From Euglena gracilis (lineage: Eukaryota), in the NCBI GenBank assembly GCA_039621445.1, contig CP154954.1:19764642-19828641 (forward strand): 64,000 nt of DNA, written 5' to 3'. The notes beneath the pieces are model-generated. The model did not search any database and was not told where the DNA came from. It saw nothing but the letters and a program-made list of their open reading frames with translations. Positions 11,801 through 61,100 of this stretch are shown piece by piece (within the stretch, counting starts at the first letter, position 1; every line of letters starts with the position of its first letter). The position numbers and the translations under genes were made by a program.

Positions 11801-14632
11801 CCCTCTTGCTGGTTGGCCCTCCTGCAGACTTGCTGGTTGAAAAAGAGAAAAAGCCCAAAAATGTAGAAAAGTGAACACTGCTTGATGATGGGAGCTTACC
11901 CACCCACTCCCCCCATTGTCCCACCGACCTGCCTCCCATAACCTCCAACCAGACAATATGGGGGGGACAATATGGGGGTACAAAAAGTGAAGGCCTACCA
12001 AACAAACCCTCTGTTGGCCATGGCCAAGGGAAATTATGGCCTTGGCCATTTGAAAGAACAAATAGGACAATGGTTCACCCATTCCACAACTAATCTACAA
12101 CTGGGAGTGTGTACCCCGGTGTGTGTTTTCCCATGAAATTGAAAAGGTACCAAAAGTGGTGGTGACCTTTCGCAAAAACATTGTTTCTCAAATGGTTGGG
12201 TTGTGTTGAGTGGGGTTAGGCGGTACGGGGGGGGGGGCTGTGGACCCCCCCCCAGTGAACTTCACCGGTGAACGTTCACCGGTGAACGTTCACCGGTGAA
12301 CGTTCACCGGGGGGCCGGGGGGGTGGGGGGGGGGTACTATCGGCGGTGAAGTTCACCAGTGAAGTTCACCGGTGAACTTCACCATTTCGATGGTTGGGGG
12401 TGAAATTTTGATGGGTGGAATTTTGTTCCTTTTCCTCTGAAAATGGTCATCTTCAGGTTGATGGTTCATGTGATTCTGTCAAAATGTCCGATAACTTGCC
12501 CAATGTCATTTTTGGCCATTTTTGGCCAAAAAAGTGCTCTTGCAGTGAACTTCACCCCTGAAGTTCACCGATGGGTTTGGCAGAGGGGGGGGTCCGGGAC
12601 CCCCCTGGTTAACTTTCAAACGGTGAACTTCACCATAGGGGGGGGGGGAGAGGCGGTCAAAATGACCAAAGTCTACTGCCTGATCTCCAATTTGGTTGTT
12701 GATTTCATTCAAAAAGGAGTCCAACGGCGGTCTGTTCCCTTCAAAGTTGCCTTCATTTCAATTTTTTTCCCAATTATTTGATTAATCGTCCCCCTGACCG
12801 ATTGAGCGAGTAAGCAGCACACCTCGAATGATTAATCGATTAATCGATTAATCTAAAGCAACCTTAATCCCAGTCATGCCCGAACCGGCGTCTGGGATAC
12901 AGTTTTTTTTAATTGTGTCTAGGGGCTCCAGCTTCACGCCCGAACTCACGTCCTAGGACGCCGGTTCGGGCGTTGGGGGGGACCCCCAAAAAGTGCCAAA
13001 AGTGTCCAAAATGCTTTGTAGACATCTAGTAAACATGTTTGAGCAGTTTTTTTGGGGGGGTCATCGGCCAGAAACTGGGGTTTTTTGTGTAATGCATTCC
13101 TTTTGGTCCATTTTGGTGACTTTTTGAAATAGAATACCATGCAGCATGGCTGAAGTCTAAGGACATAAGCCCTTGAGAAGAGCTTTCGATCAAGGGGCAA
13201 CATGCCAGGTGAAACGTTGGAATTTCGAATTTTTTTTTGCTGTGAACATTCAATCGCTGATTTTCAGAGCGCTGTGCAATCTGGCTGAGTTCTGTGGTTA
13301 CCAAGTGAAAGATCTTGGTGAGAGCGTTCAATTGATATGCTATATGGTACCTGAACTTTGGGATTTGACAATTAAGATGTCAAATGTTTTTGGAATGCAC
13401 GATCGCTGAAAATTCTGGGGAGGCAGGCATGCGTCGGACATCGCGAAAGACTTGGGGGTGGGGGTGGGATGGGCGGGAGCCAAATACGCCTTGTTGTGGG
13501 TTTTTTTTGGGAGTCAGCCTTCAGCCTCCTCCCAGGGGGGGGGTGCGCCCCCCCCCCCCGGACCCCCCTGCCCTCCAATAACGCCCGGGGGTCTCGGACC
13601 TGGCCAAAACGCGCCCATTGGGTTCATGGCACACTTCATGGCTGCAATCAACAGCAATGTTTCATTTTCATTTTTCTGTTCACAGGTGGTGGGATATCCC
13701 CCCACCGAAAGTAGGCTGGACCTGGGTGACCACCCAAAGTTCTTGGAATTTTCTTTAAGTATCCATCAGTGTTTTTGGGGCGTATTGGATATAAAATTCT
13801 TCATTTCGACGGGAAGTGCTGGGATATTTTTGGCCTTTTCGGGACCTGATTTTCCGTATGGTCAGCACGGACCCCCCCACCCCTAGTTGGACCCCCTCGG
13901 CACGGCGCAGACACCCCTCCCCTGGATGCCAAACCCCCCTAGAGTGACTGTGACTTGTGTGCCGAAGCCTGTATCTCTTAAACACACAGTGTTCGAGAAA
14001 CAACAATTGGTGTTTTTTGGCCCCGGGCGGATAATTGGCCATGACGATCCTGGAGGTCGTACCGACCTAGGTCGGGCCGACCATTGGTCGGCCCGACCAT
14101 GGTCGGGCTAGGTCGTCCCGACCATTGGAGGTCGGGCCGACTTAGCCAATGAACCGCATTACCCCCCCCCTTTTTTCAAAATTTTCAAAGGAATTTTGAC
14201 TATAGGTCGGTATAGGTCGGGCCGACCATGGTCGGCCCGACCTGTTTGTTACCGACCATCATGGTCGGCCCGACCATTTGGAGGTCGGGCCGACCACATG
14301 GTCGGTAGAAACGACCTCCATGGTTTTCGATTTCAGAAGCATAAAAACCTTTGGCCAAATCCTGTGGAACATACAGATGGGCTATTTTACCGACCTGGGT
14401 GCACACAAAAGGAGTTTGTTGGGGGGCGCGTTTTGGCCATCCTTGCCTTGCACACACCAAGGGATTTTGTTATTTTAGGCAGGGGGGTCCGGGGGGGGGG
14501 GGGCAGCCCCCGGAGGATGCCGTAGGCCGACTAAGTTAGCACAAAGGGAGTTTGTTGGGGGGGCGCGTTTTAGCCATCCTTGCCTTGCACACTCAAGGGG
14601 ATTTTGTTATTTTAGGCGGGGGGGGTCCGGGG

Positions 14633-16150
14633 CAGGCAATTGCTTAAGCGCTGACCGACCCCCCCCCCCCGGGGTGTGGGTCAGGGTTGACGTTTTTTTT
14701 GTTTTTTTTTGCGGTGGCTCCATACCGACCTGATGCAACATAAAGCTGCATGAGTGTAGTGGTCAGCACCACAGTAGTGGTCGCTGAAGTATTGCATTTG
14801 CCATTGCAGTGCTATATTGCCACGCTAGCTTCCTTTGAAGTGTTTCTTACTTTGAGCTTACTTTGAGGTGTTTCAGGCAGGCAGGGCTCGATCTTGAAAC
14901 AGCACACTGGCACACTGTCATTTGCTACCATCAGCAACTTGATTCAGCCGTTTTGATTTGACTATTTGATTATTTATTTAGCCTTATTCTGCAGTTGTTG
15001 GCTATTTGTTCTGCTTAATTTGTCTGCTATAGCACTGCCCACCCCCAAAAAGCTGACAACCTTGTTGGGTGGGGGCGGATCATATTTTGCTTTTGGTAGA
15101 AAAGGACCATCGAAAAGTTTGTTTATCCAAGATACAGTGGTAATCCCCCCAAGAGTTACACAGCCTTGATAGCAAAGCCTCCTGAAAGGGTCTCATGAAA
15201 ATTTTTTTTGCTCTTTTTTCCTTGCGAAATGGCCATTTTTTGAGGAAAAATGTTTTGGGGGTGGTTCGGGTCACGGGGGGGGGGGGCCACGGGGGGTCAT
15301 GGGGGAACACCACATTTTCGGTGGCTAACTTAGGAATCACCGAAAACTAATTTTTGGGGGAAAATCCTTTTTAGGCTCCAAATTAGGAATCCCCCAACCT
15401 AAAATTAGTATTTTGACACCAAATTAGGCATCACCATTCCAAATTTTGCAAAATTTATGCCTCAAAATTAGGAATCTACCTGAATATTTTGTCAAATTAG
15501 GCATCACCGACCAAATTTTTTTTCAGAAAAAAGTTGGTCGAAAAGGGTCTTAGGTCGGGTCGGGAGGGGGGGGTCACGGGGGGAATACCCCCTCTAAAGT
15601 TTTTTTTATGTGTGAAAATATTTCCAAATCTGTGTTTTCTGGTGCTTTCAACCCAAAAAAAAAACAACAAAAAAATGAATGCTGCAGAAATAAAAAATGA
15701 ACTTTTTTCCAAAAAAACATTGCAAAAATTTTCACCCAAACCCTCCATGACGTTTTTTTTGTTTTTTTTTGAAAAAAACATATTTTTTTTGGGAAAAAAC
15801 ATGTTTTTTTTGTTTCAAAAAAAACAAGCCGTCAACCTTGGTGTGGGTGACTGGTATTTTCAGAGTGACTGACTGGTTTTTGGCCGGACCCCTCCCCCCC
15901 CTGGGGGGGGTCGGCCAGGAGTGGGTAAAAATGGCTTGAGTGACCCCAGCGCCGAAGGCGCCGGAAAAATTTTTTGGGCCTAAAATGGCCTAAAGTGACT
16001 GGAAAGTGGCCGTTTTTCTGAGTGGCCGACCCCCCCCCCCGGGGGGGGGGGGGACGGGCTGGTTTTTTGAAAATGAGTGACTGACTGGTTTTTAAAAAGT
16101 GGAGTGACCCCCCTCCCCCCCCCCCCCCGGGGTCGGTAAGCAATTGTATG
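14633..16150. mobile_element. hAT-like MITE hosting element 14682-15840
   Basis: Ends CAGGCAATTGCTTA / TAAGCAATTGTATG; perfect TSD GTCCGGGG. Confidence 0.8.
14682..15840. mobile_element. hAT-like MITE nested in 14633-16150
   Basis: TIR CAGGGTTGACG / CGTCAACCTTG; perfect TSD GTGTGGGT; body largely a reverse-complement match to 8327-8997. Confidence 0.85.
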
Positions 16151-16485
16151 GTCCGGGGGGGGGGCAGCCCCCCCCCCCCGGAGGAGGCCGCAGGCCGACT
16201 AAGTTCGCGTTTTTCATTTTTTTTCCCATATGGGATGCTTTTTGACAGTTTCAAGGTGATTCCAATGTGTTTCCATCCCTTTTGAGTCAAATTTGCCGAA
16301 TCAAGTTTTGAGGGGGGGGGGCTTAAATTTCCAGAAAAAGGGGGGGGGTAATGCGGTTGATTGGAGGTCGGGCCGACCAGGTCGGCCCGACCTCCAATGG
16401 TCGATAAGCCATAGCCAACGGTCGGCCCGACCTAGGTCGGTCCGACCATGGTCGGTACGACCTCCGGGATCGTCATAGCCAATTA

Positions 16486-16796
16486 CCATCACCCCCCCCC
16501 CTAAATGACCCCCCTCTTGTCCTGGCCCAGACCCCGGGGGTCACTTAGGGGGGGGGTCACTTAGGGGGGGGGTCGGAAAAAAAGGGTCTCGGACACCCCC
16601 CACCCTTTTTTTCGGAATTTTTTTGTGAAATTTGTGTTCTCTGGCATCATTTCCACTAGAAGGAGAACTCACGATTCTGAAAATCTCAAAAAAGTGGGTC
16701 GTTTTTGAAGACTTTTTTCTTGAAAAATTTTCCATTGTCTGGGCCGGGACCCCGGAGGGTCATTTAGGGGGGGGGTCGTTTAGGGGGGGGTAATGG
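16486..16796. mobile_element. MITE with TA flanks (Tc1/mariner-like)
   Basis: TIR CCATCACCCCCCCC / GGGGGGGGTAATGG flanked by TA on both sides. Confidence 0.5.
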
Positions 16797-16922
16797 TATC
16801 CGCACGGAGCCGTGTTTTTTTCTAAACGCCGATTTGTCCGAATTTTTTTTCTTCAAAAAGTCAACATACAATCTCACATTCATTTTGTATCGATGATTTT
16901 TGATGGCTCATCCTCAGCGTGA

Positions 16923-47802
<30,880 letters not shown>

Positions 47803-48409
47803 ACTGCCCCGGTGAGCAATTGGCCACCACATGGGTACGTGCACCATCTTGCCTCCAGTTCTGTGTTTTGCCTGCCCCGCTGTACCATATCGCCCATGCC
47901 AACCTCACCCTGTCTGACCTTGGCAACACAGTCGTGACCCTTGGAGCCTGAATGGCTCAGCAGTTCGTCCAGAGTCAGAAGGGTGTCCCCCCTTTCCTCA
48001 AACTCAGTGGGTCGAGGAAAGGGGTCCCCCCCCCCCAACCTGCCATGGGGAGTCCAGACCAACCCCGGGGGGGGTCCGACCCTCCAAATGCCCATTCATC
48101 GAACCCTGCTCCCTCGATGCACCACTCCCCCCAACCCACGGGTTTTGTGCTGTTAAAACGCTTCATTTTATTGTATTGCATCCAATGCAACCCACCAGGC
48201 AATCATCAAATTAAGTTTATGCTGGTGCTTTGTGCTCCCAGGGGGAGGGGGTGTTTCCTTATAGTTTTGGAGTGATTATTTTTTCCTTTGGAGTGACATT
48301 TATGGCATGAAGCGGAGGGGGTATGTGTGGGGGGTGGTGTGGGGGGGTGGTTAGGTGTTGTGTGTGGCTGGTTGCACAGGAAAGGGATCTTGTTATCTTG
48401 GTTTGGGGG

Positions 48410-48886
48410 CAAGGTATTTCTTAAGCCGGAGGGAACCCCATCCCTGGGGAGGGGTCCAGCCAGCCAGCAGCTCAAATCCCGCCAGCAGCCCAAATCGGGG
48501 CTGGGACCCCCCCCCCCAGGGGGTCGAGTGAAATAAAGTTGGGTCCAGCCCAGCCGGAGGCCTGGCCAGCCGGCCGCAGGCTGGCCAGCCAACTGGGCTG
48601 CCAGCTCACCTATCCCTGCATTTTTTTCCCTCATCACAGCTTCCTTGCCCTCAATGTCTGGCACATGCACTAGCTCCATCCATCAAAATGTCGAGAAGGC
48701 AAAAATGGTTTAGAAAATTTTGGTTTTCATCGCCCCAGCCCAGCACAGCCCCTCCAGCCCCGGACCCCCCTTCCCCCCCCCCTATCCCCCGGGGGGGGTT
48801 CCAGCCAGCAGCTCGTTTCCAGCCAGCAGCCTTTTTTCTAGCCGGAGGCTGGACACCCCCCCCCGGGGTGTTTAAGAAACCCCCTG
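48410..48886. mobile_element. Intergenic hAT-like MITE, same family as 38306-38751
   Basis: CAAGG...CCCTG; perfect TSD TTTGGGGG; shares internal GAAATAAAGTTGGGTCCAGCC and CAGCTCACCTATCCCTGCA with 38306-38751. Confidence 0.85.
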
Positions 48887-49283
48887 TTTGGGGGATCTGC
48901 CCCCCCTCCCTGACGAGGCCGAAGGCCGAGTAAGTCAAAAAAAAAACCGACGCCAAAAAATGTGTGGGTAGCGTGGGGGGATGTGGGGGTGCGGGGGGAG
49001 GGGGTAGTGTGGGGGGAGTGTGGGGTGTGTGGGGTATTGTGCTTTCCGCCATCACTTACACAAAGGAGTGCGTGGTTGGTGGTTTGGTGCCGACACCTGA
49101 CCTTTGACGCCGCAATGTGATCTGACGTCCGGGACTGTTTTGGGCTTCTGAATTCGCGGGCATCCCCCAAGTGCACCGCCTCGGGTTCCCTCTGCGTGCC
49201 AGCCAGTTCTTGGGATGATGCCTGCCCCCCCCCTCCCCCTGTGCCGCCCGCCTCCAACCAGCCACCCCACCCCGCCCGCCGGG

Positions 49284-55725
<6,442 letters not shown>

Positions 55726-57510
55726 GCACCGGGAGCCCCCCCCCCCCCGCCCCCCCCCCAACGTTCCACCTCAGCCCCCAACGTTCCACCTCAGCCCCCA
55801 ACCTCTCTCCCTCTGAGCCGCAGAGCTGTGTAGGCTCCGGGGGTTCTCTGGCTGCCGAGGACACCGTTCTGACGACAGCCGTGAGAGGATGCCAGAGGGA
55901 ACGCCTGGTTTTCCAACACCCCTTTTGGCAGTCATGGTTTGGATGATGGCGGGGTTTGAGGTCTGGACCTCCCAAGGATTGGAAGAGCTGGAGGGGCTGT
56001 CTTTGGGAAAGGCAGTTGATTCTGCATTTTCCACTGGTTCCCTGATCACCCACGATGGAACCCCCTCACGAGCCGCACTGCATCAATAAAAATTTCTTTT
56101 TTCCAGCAACAACAATCTCCAGGGCAGCTTTTTAAGGGTGCTTTTTTACCTGAGAGACATTTTGGAAAGGGTTGACATATGAACGAGGCATTATTGATGC
56201 AAGACCCCCCCACCCCACCGCCCCCAGCAAAGCAGTTCCTTTGTTCTGCGAACATGATTTTACAGATAAAATTTTTTTTTCATGCCCAGGAAGCGAACCC
56301 CTCCCTGTTCTCCACAAGATATGGGAATCAGTGGGGTGTTTGATGAATTATGGATCTTTTTTTGGGATGGGTGGTTTGAGTATTTTTTTTAATTTGTATT
56401 GTAGTGTTAATTAATTGTTTAATTGTAGTATTAATTTTTTTTAATTTTGTTTTTAATTTGCATATTGTCTCTGTCTTGAGCTACCTGCTCTCCTTCTCCT
56501 GCATCTTGCCATCCGCTGGACCATCTTCTGTACAACTCGACGCTGATATATTTTTTTTTGCACCAAACCTATACTTCTCACTCACATCAAGGTTTGACAT
56601 TGATCCGGAGGCAGACCGTTCCAGTCCATGGGCAACACGGTGGCATCAGCCTCCGAAAGGTGCCCGTGACAAAACATTTCATTATTCTTCATCACCGACC
56701 ATCTTTCTCTGAGGTGAAGGCTTTAATGTTTATTTTGAAGTAGAAATACCATTTTTGCTTTGCTCGGTGTTTATTGGCCCTACGCGCCGTGATTTTCCAA
56801 TTTTGTCTAATTTCCCCCAGCTGCAATTCACTCCCCACCCCGACCCCCAAATTCATCGGTGCTTTCAATTGACATCGATGTGAATTGTTTCTCAGATCAT
56901 ACAGCAACAGCGGCAAAGCCAAATTCGATCTTTTTCAACATGGCGAACTTGACACTTGACTGTTAAGTTGGAATGAAAATTCCAAGTGATGTCCACGAAG
57001 CTGACATTTTTGAAAGCACTGTATTTTTCTCCCAGAAACCTCGTGAAAGTCATCTTCAAAGGCGCATTGAGCTTTGTCAACCGTCAACCCAATTGTGCTT
57101 TACTGACAAACCCTGGGAGAACCATCTGACCCACTGCTTTTGCTTCTTCGCACGTGCTCCGCACCATTGCCCTCAAATCATTCTGACGTTTGCCCCTCAA
57201 CCCGCTGCCCTGACCCTCGTTTCGAACAGTGGAGTGCACTTTGTGTTGTGATGATTACTGATTTCACGGAAGTGGGATTGACTCCCCATCCCATTTTGGG
57301 GCTTTGCGGCCAAATCACTTCCAAAGGCGCCTAAGGTGATGTAAAAATGGGGAGGGCGGGTTGAGGGGAGGTCGACCCCACCCACCACCCATTCAGCCAA
57401 GCACAGATTAAGCTTTCAGGTTCGAAACCGCCGAAGTGCATGTTCCCCTTCCCCTGGTGGTGGTGGTTAATTTCTGCATTTTTTTGCACACCGATGCATA
57501 TTGTGTAAGC

Positions 57511-57591
57511 TGTGTGTGTGTGTGTGTGTGTATGTGTGTGTGTGTGTGCATGTGTGTGTGTGTGTGTATGTGTATGTATGTGTGTGTGTGT

Positions 57592-57647
<56 letters not shown>
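57511..57647. repeat. (TG)n microsatellite
   Basis: Direct reading. Confidence 0.95.
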
Positions 57648-57649
<2 letters not shown>

Positions 57650-58169
57650 CGCGTGCCCCTGGGGTTATAAGTGGTGGCAAGTTCACTCCTTGGGCCTGTG
57701 GCAGAGCAACATCCCGGTCCTCGCACCTTCTTTCTTTTGTTGGCATTTTTTTTGGGACGACACTCGTGTGTGTGTGGGGCGCATTCGCAGAATTTTCGGG
57801 CCACCGCATCACTTGTCCTGCCGGGGGCCAAGTCCAACTCTCCAGGGACTTCGCCCATTGTGTCTTTCGCCTCCGCCAGCACCGCCGGCAGCCACTGACC
57901 CACGGTCAGTGCCCAGGGAGGGAGGCCGAACCTGACAACTCACCACACGTCACACGTCACACGTCAGAAGTCACACGTCAGACGTCACACGTCACACATC
58001 AGGCGTCAGACGTCACACATCACACGTCACACGCCACACGCCACCTTCCATCTGGGGTGACCCAACAGGGCACCAACCCCCCCGGGGCAGCCAACGGATG
58101 CCAACGTATGCCGGGCGGCCAGCCCGGTTTGCCCCGGCCCTGCCCGCCTTGTTGTGCCCCCCAGCATCG

Positions 58170-61100
58170 ATGCCCACACCGGGGCCGCCCGCCCTGCTCC
58201 TCGCCCTCCTCCTGACCCTGGCCTCTTGCGGCAGTGGCGGGCCTGGGCCCCCCTCCTCGCTGGCGCAGCTCACCGTGCCCAGGGCCGGCCCGGAAGTGGT
58301 CTGTTGGACCCGGGGGGGGGGTTGGGAGCCCAGGGCCCCACTGCCCGGGCAAAAAAACCATCCACACAAAACCCCCCAAAAATCCACAGAAAAATTATGG
58401 GAAGCTGCCCCAATTTTCCCCATGTTCCCCCCCGTAATTTTTGTCTTGTGTTGCAAGCTGCCGTCAGGGGCAGTCAAATGACACACACAGAGACACGGGG
58501 TGCAATGCTGTCAAGTTTTCGGTTTGTTTTTGAAATGAAAGACCACAACAAAGCGACCAGGAAATCATTTTGACCATTTGAATTATTGAGGTTCTTTTTC
58601 GCCAAAAAAAAACTTCAAATAAAAACTTCATTGCAACTGAAAAATATTACCACCATTTCCTATGAAATGTTAAATTTCCCCATTTTTTTTTGCATATGGG
58701 AAACCATGGGAAATCAAAAAGAATTTCCATGATTTTGATTTTTGAGCTGTTTCCATAATTTTGTCTCGCATAATTTTTGTCCTCACCCCAACCTCTTGGT
58801 CCCTGGCTGGCCCCGGCACTGCGGGAGCAGATTGGCGCGCTACTGGAAGTGGAGAACATGACGGTGGGGGCGGAGCTGGGGGTCCAGCCCAGAGCTGGGG
58901 GGTTGCTCGAGGCCGGCCGAACATGCTTAGTTCCCTCGTGGTCCACCCGCCGTCACAATCTGCATCAACCAGGGCGGTCCACAAGGGATGGGAAGTTTTT
59001 TTTCTTCAAAGGATTGCCCCTTAAGGGCCAACGGCCGGTCCGGGGATCGAATGAGGGCAAAAATCAAACGGTTGGAGAACGTATTTTTGACGTTTTGGGT
59101 GGATGGGCGATGGTCCAGGGACGCCCGAAATCACTTTGTTCCCCGAAGTCGACCCATTTTTGCCACAATACGGCCCTTTTTCCGTCCATTTTTTCCGATG
59201 AATTTTTCATTGACTGTGCAGGCAGTGTCTTTTTTCCCGTTAAGGACCGCCCTGGCACCAACTCGTCGAGTTACGGCCCGCAATGTTTCGCGGAGAAAGT
59301 CATTTCCTCTCCCCCAACCTTTCCCCCCGCGGACGTCGGCGAGCGGTGTGAGCATCAAAGTGTTCTGCTTCTTTGCCCCAAAGACGGACGCCGTCGTCCC
59401 CCCCCCCCGGCCCTGTCTGTTGAGAGGCCAGTTCGCCCTCCAGACCCTCTCCCACTGGCCGGCCTGCCGGCGGTATTACCTCGTGGACCTGTGGCAGCCC
59501 CAGGCAGGGCTGAACGGGAACCTGGGAAGCCCTCGTGGATGGGGTGGGGGGAGGTCGCAGCACCCCCGGGAGGATGGAGGGGCACAATTGACTCCCTTTG
59601 GCAGCCTAGATTTGCGTTGGGGAGTGCTCCAGCACCCCCCCCCCCCCGGTGCAGTGGCCCGAAACGGCCTGGGGAGCCTGAAGCCGACCTGGCAACCATG
59701 GGTTGCCATGGGCAGGCACCCCATGGCCCAAGGCATCCCCCTCCCCGGCGGTGGTCGGAAGCTTTGCGGGGCTCGAACCCCGACCCCCGCCCCGGTGGGT
59801 CGGGAGTCCAACCCCCACTCTCGCCAGCCCTTCCCATTTTCCCCCTTCCATTTTTTGGTCAAAGTGTTGGTCAAAGCCGAGGGCCTCTTTCCCGGGGCAG
59901 TGCCAAACCGGGTGGGCAGGGGGCAACCCCCCCCACCCCGGCTCTCCCATTCCAGCCCCGGCGCCAGGACAACTACACGGAGGCCGCCAACGTCCCCCTC
60001 CCCCAACAGGAACGCTACCTCGCCGAGGCCCGCCATCCCCCACGGCTGGGCGCCGCTGAGGGTCATCCCCCGAGGGAAGGGGTTGGGCTTTGGTTCGGTT
60101 TGGGGGTGGCGTCGACCCCTTCCCCCGATGGTTGGGTCCGTTTGGGGGGTGGGGGGATGACAACGCAACCCCGGCACTGAGCTTTTTTTAAGTTTTGTGA
60201 CCCAAGGGGGTGGGTGGGTCCCAGCAGGAGACCCCCCCCCCGGGGGTCGGGCCAAGTGGGCACCCTCCCGGAGGCGGGGTTTTCTTCTATTTTCGGCGCT
60301 TTGCGCCGAAATCATTTTTTTGTGCCCAAAATTGACCCCCCCCCCAAAAGTGGGCCCCCCGAGCCCCCCCCCCCCCCCCCGGGGGGCCTGGAGGTGAGTG
60401 GGTGGTTGGTCCGGACCCCCCTCCCCCAGGTCCTTAAAACAACTTCTGCCCCAGCGCGAAGGTGCTGGGGGCCCAAAAATGCCATTTTTCAGGAAACGTG
60501 CCTCGGTTGGCCCAAGCCAGGACACAGAACAAACCCCCTCCTGACAGGGGTTTGGAGAGGGCACCGGACGGTACCCTGGTCCCTTGCCCTTTGCAGTGAT
60601 GGGTGGTGGGCTGCCCAAACAGTGCTGCCCTTGCTGGCGCTGCAAAAGAGGCCCTGGGAACCCCTTTCAGCCGCCACCAATGGCTTGAGGAGGGCATGAG
60701 AAATCGCTTGAGAAAGGGATGTTTGCTGTCTGGACCAGCTTAACAGGTCAGGGAAACTGCTGGAGGGGGAGATGGCCCTTGACAGCTTGGCCAAATGCCA
60801 AGGGGTGGGGAAGCACTTATGTTTTGCTTGAATTTTGCGAACCTTATCGGGCACATTCAAAATGAACGGGTAAAATAATTTATGGAACCAAGGGTTTTGA
60901 TTCAGCGGGGAAAAAATTAAACCACTTCCGTGGAACACCCCTCCGCGCCAACATGCCTGGCCCAGGCAGCATCGGGAGGTGCACCTGCTGACTGCGTGCC
61001 AGCGCGTCAAAAAAAGTGGGTGTTTCAAATATTGGGGCATGGAAGGCTCTTTGCCGGCACAGTACACAGTACCCTGTCCTTGGAAGCTTGGAAGCTCTTC

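Noticed and set aside
57390-57440. GGTTCGAAACC B-box as a tRNA
   Set aside because: No convincing cloverleaf could be folded.
58777-60645. Long ORFs of 467, 390 and 389 aa
   Set aside because: GC-rich read-through of introns and MITEs; only short segments in different frames carry methyltransferase motifs.
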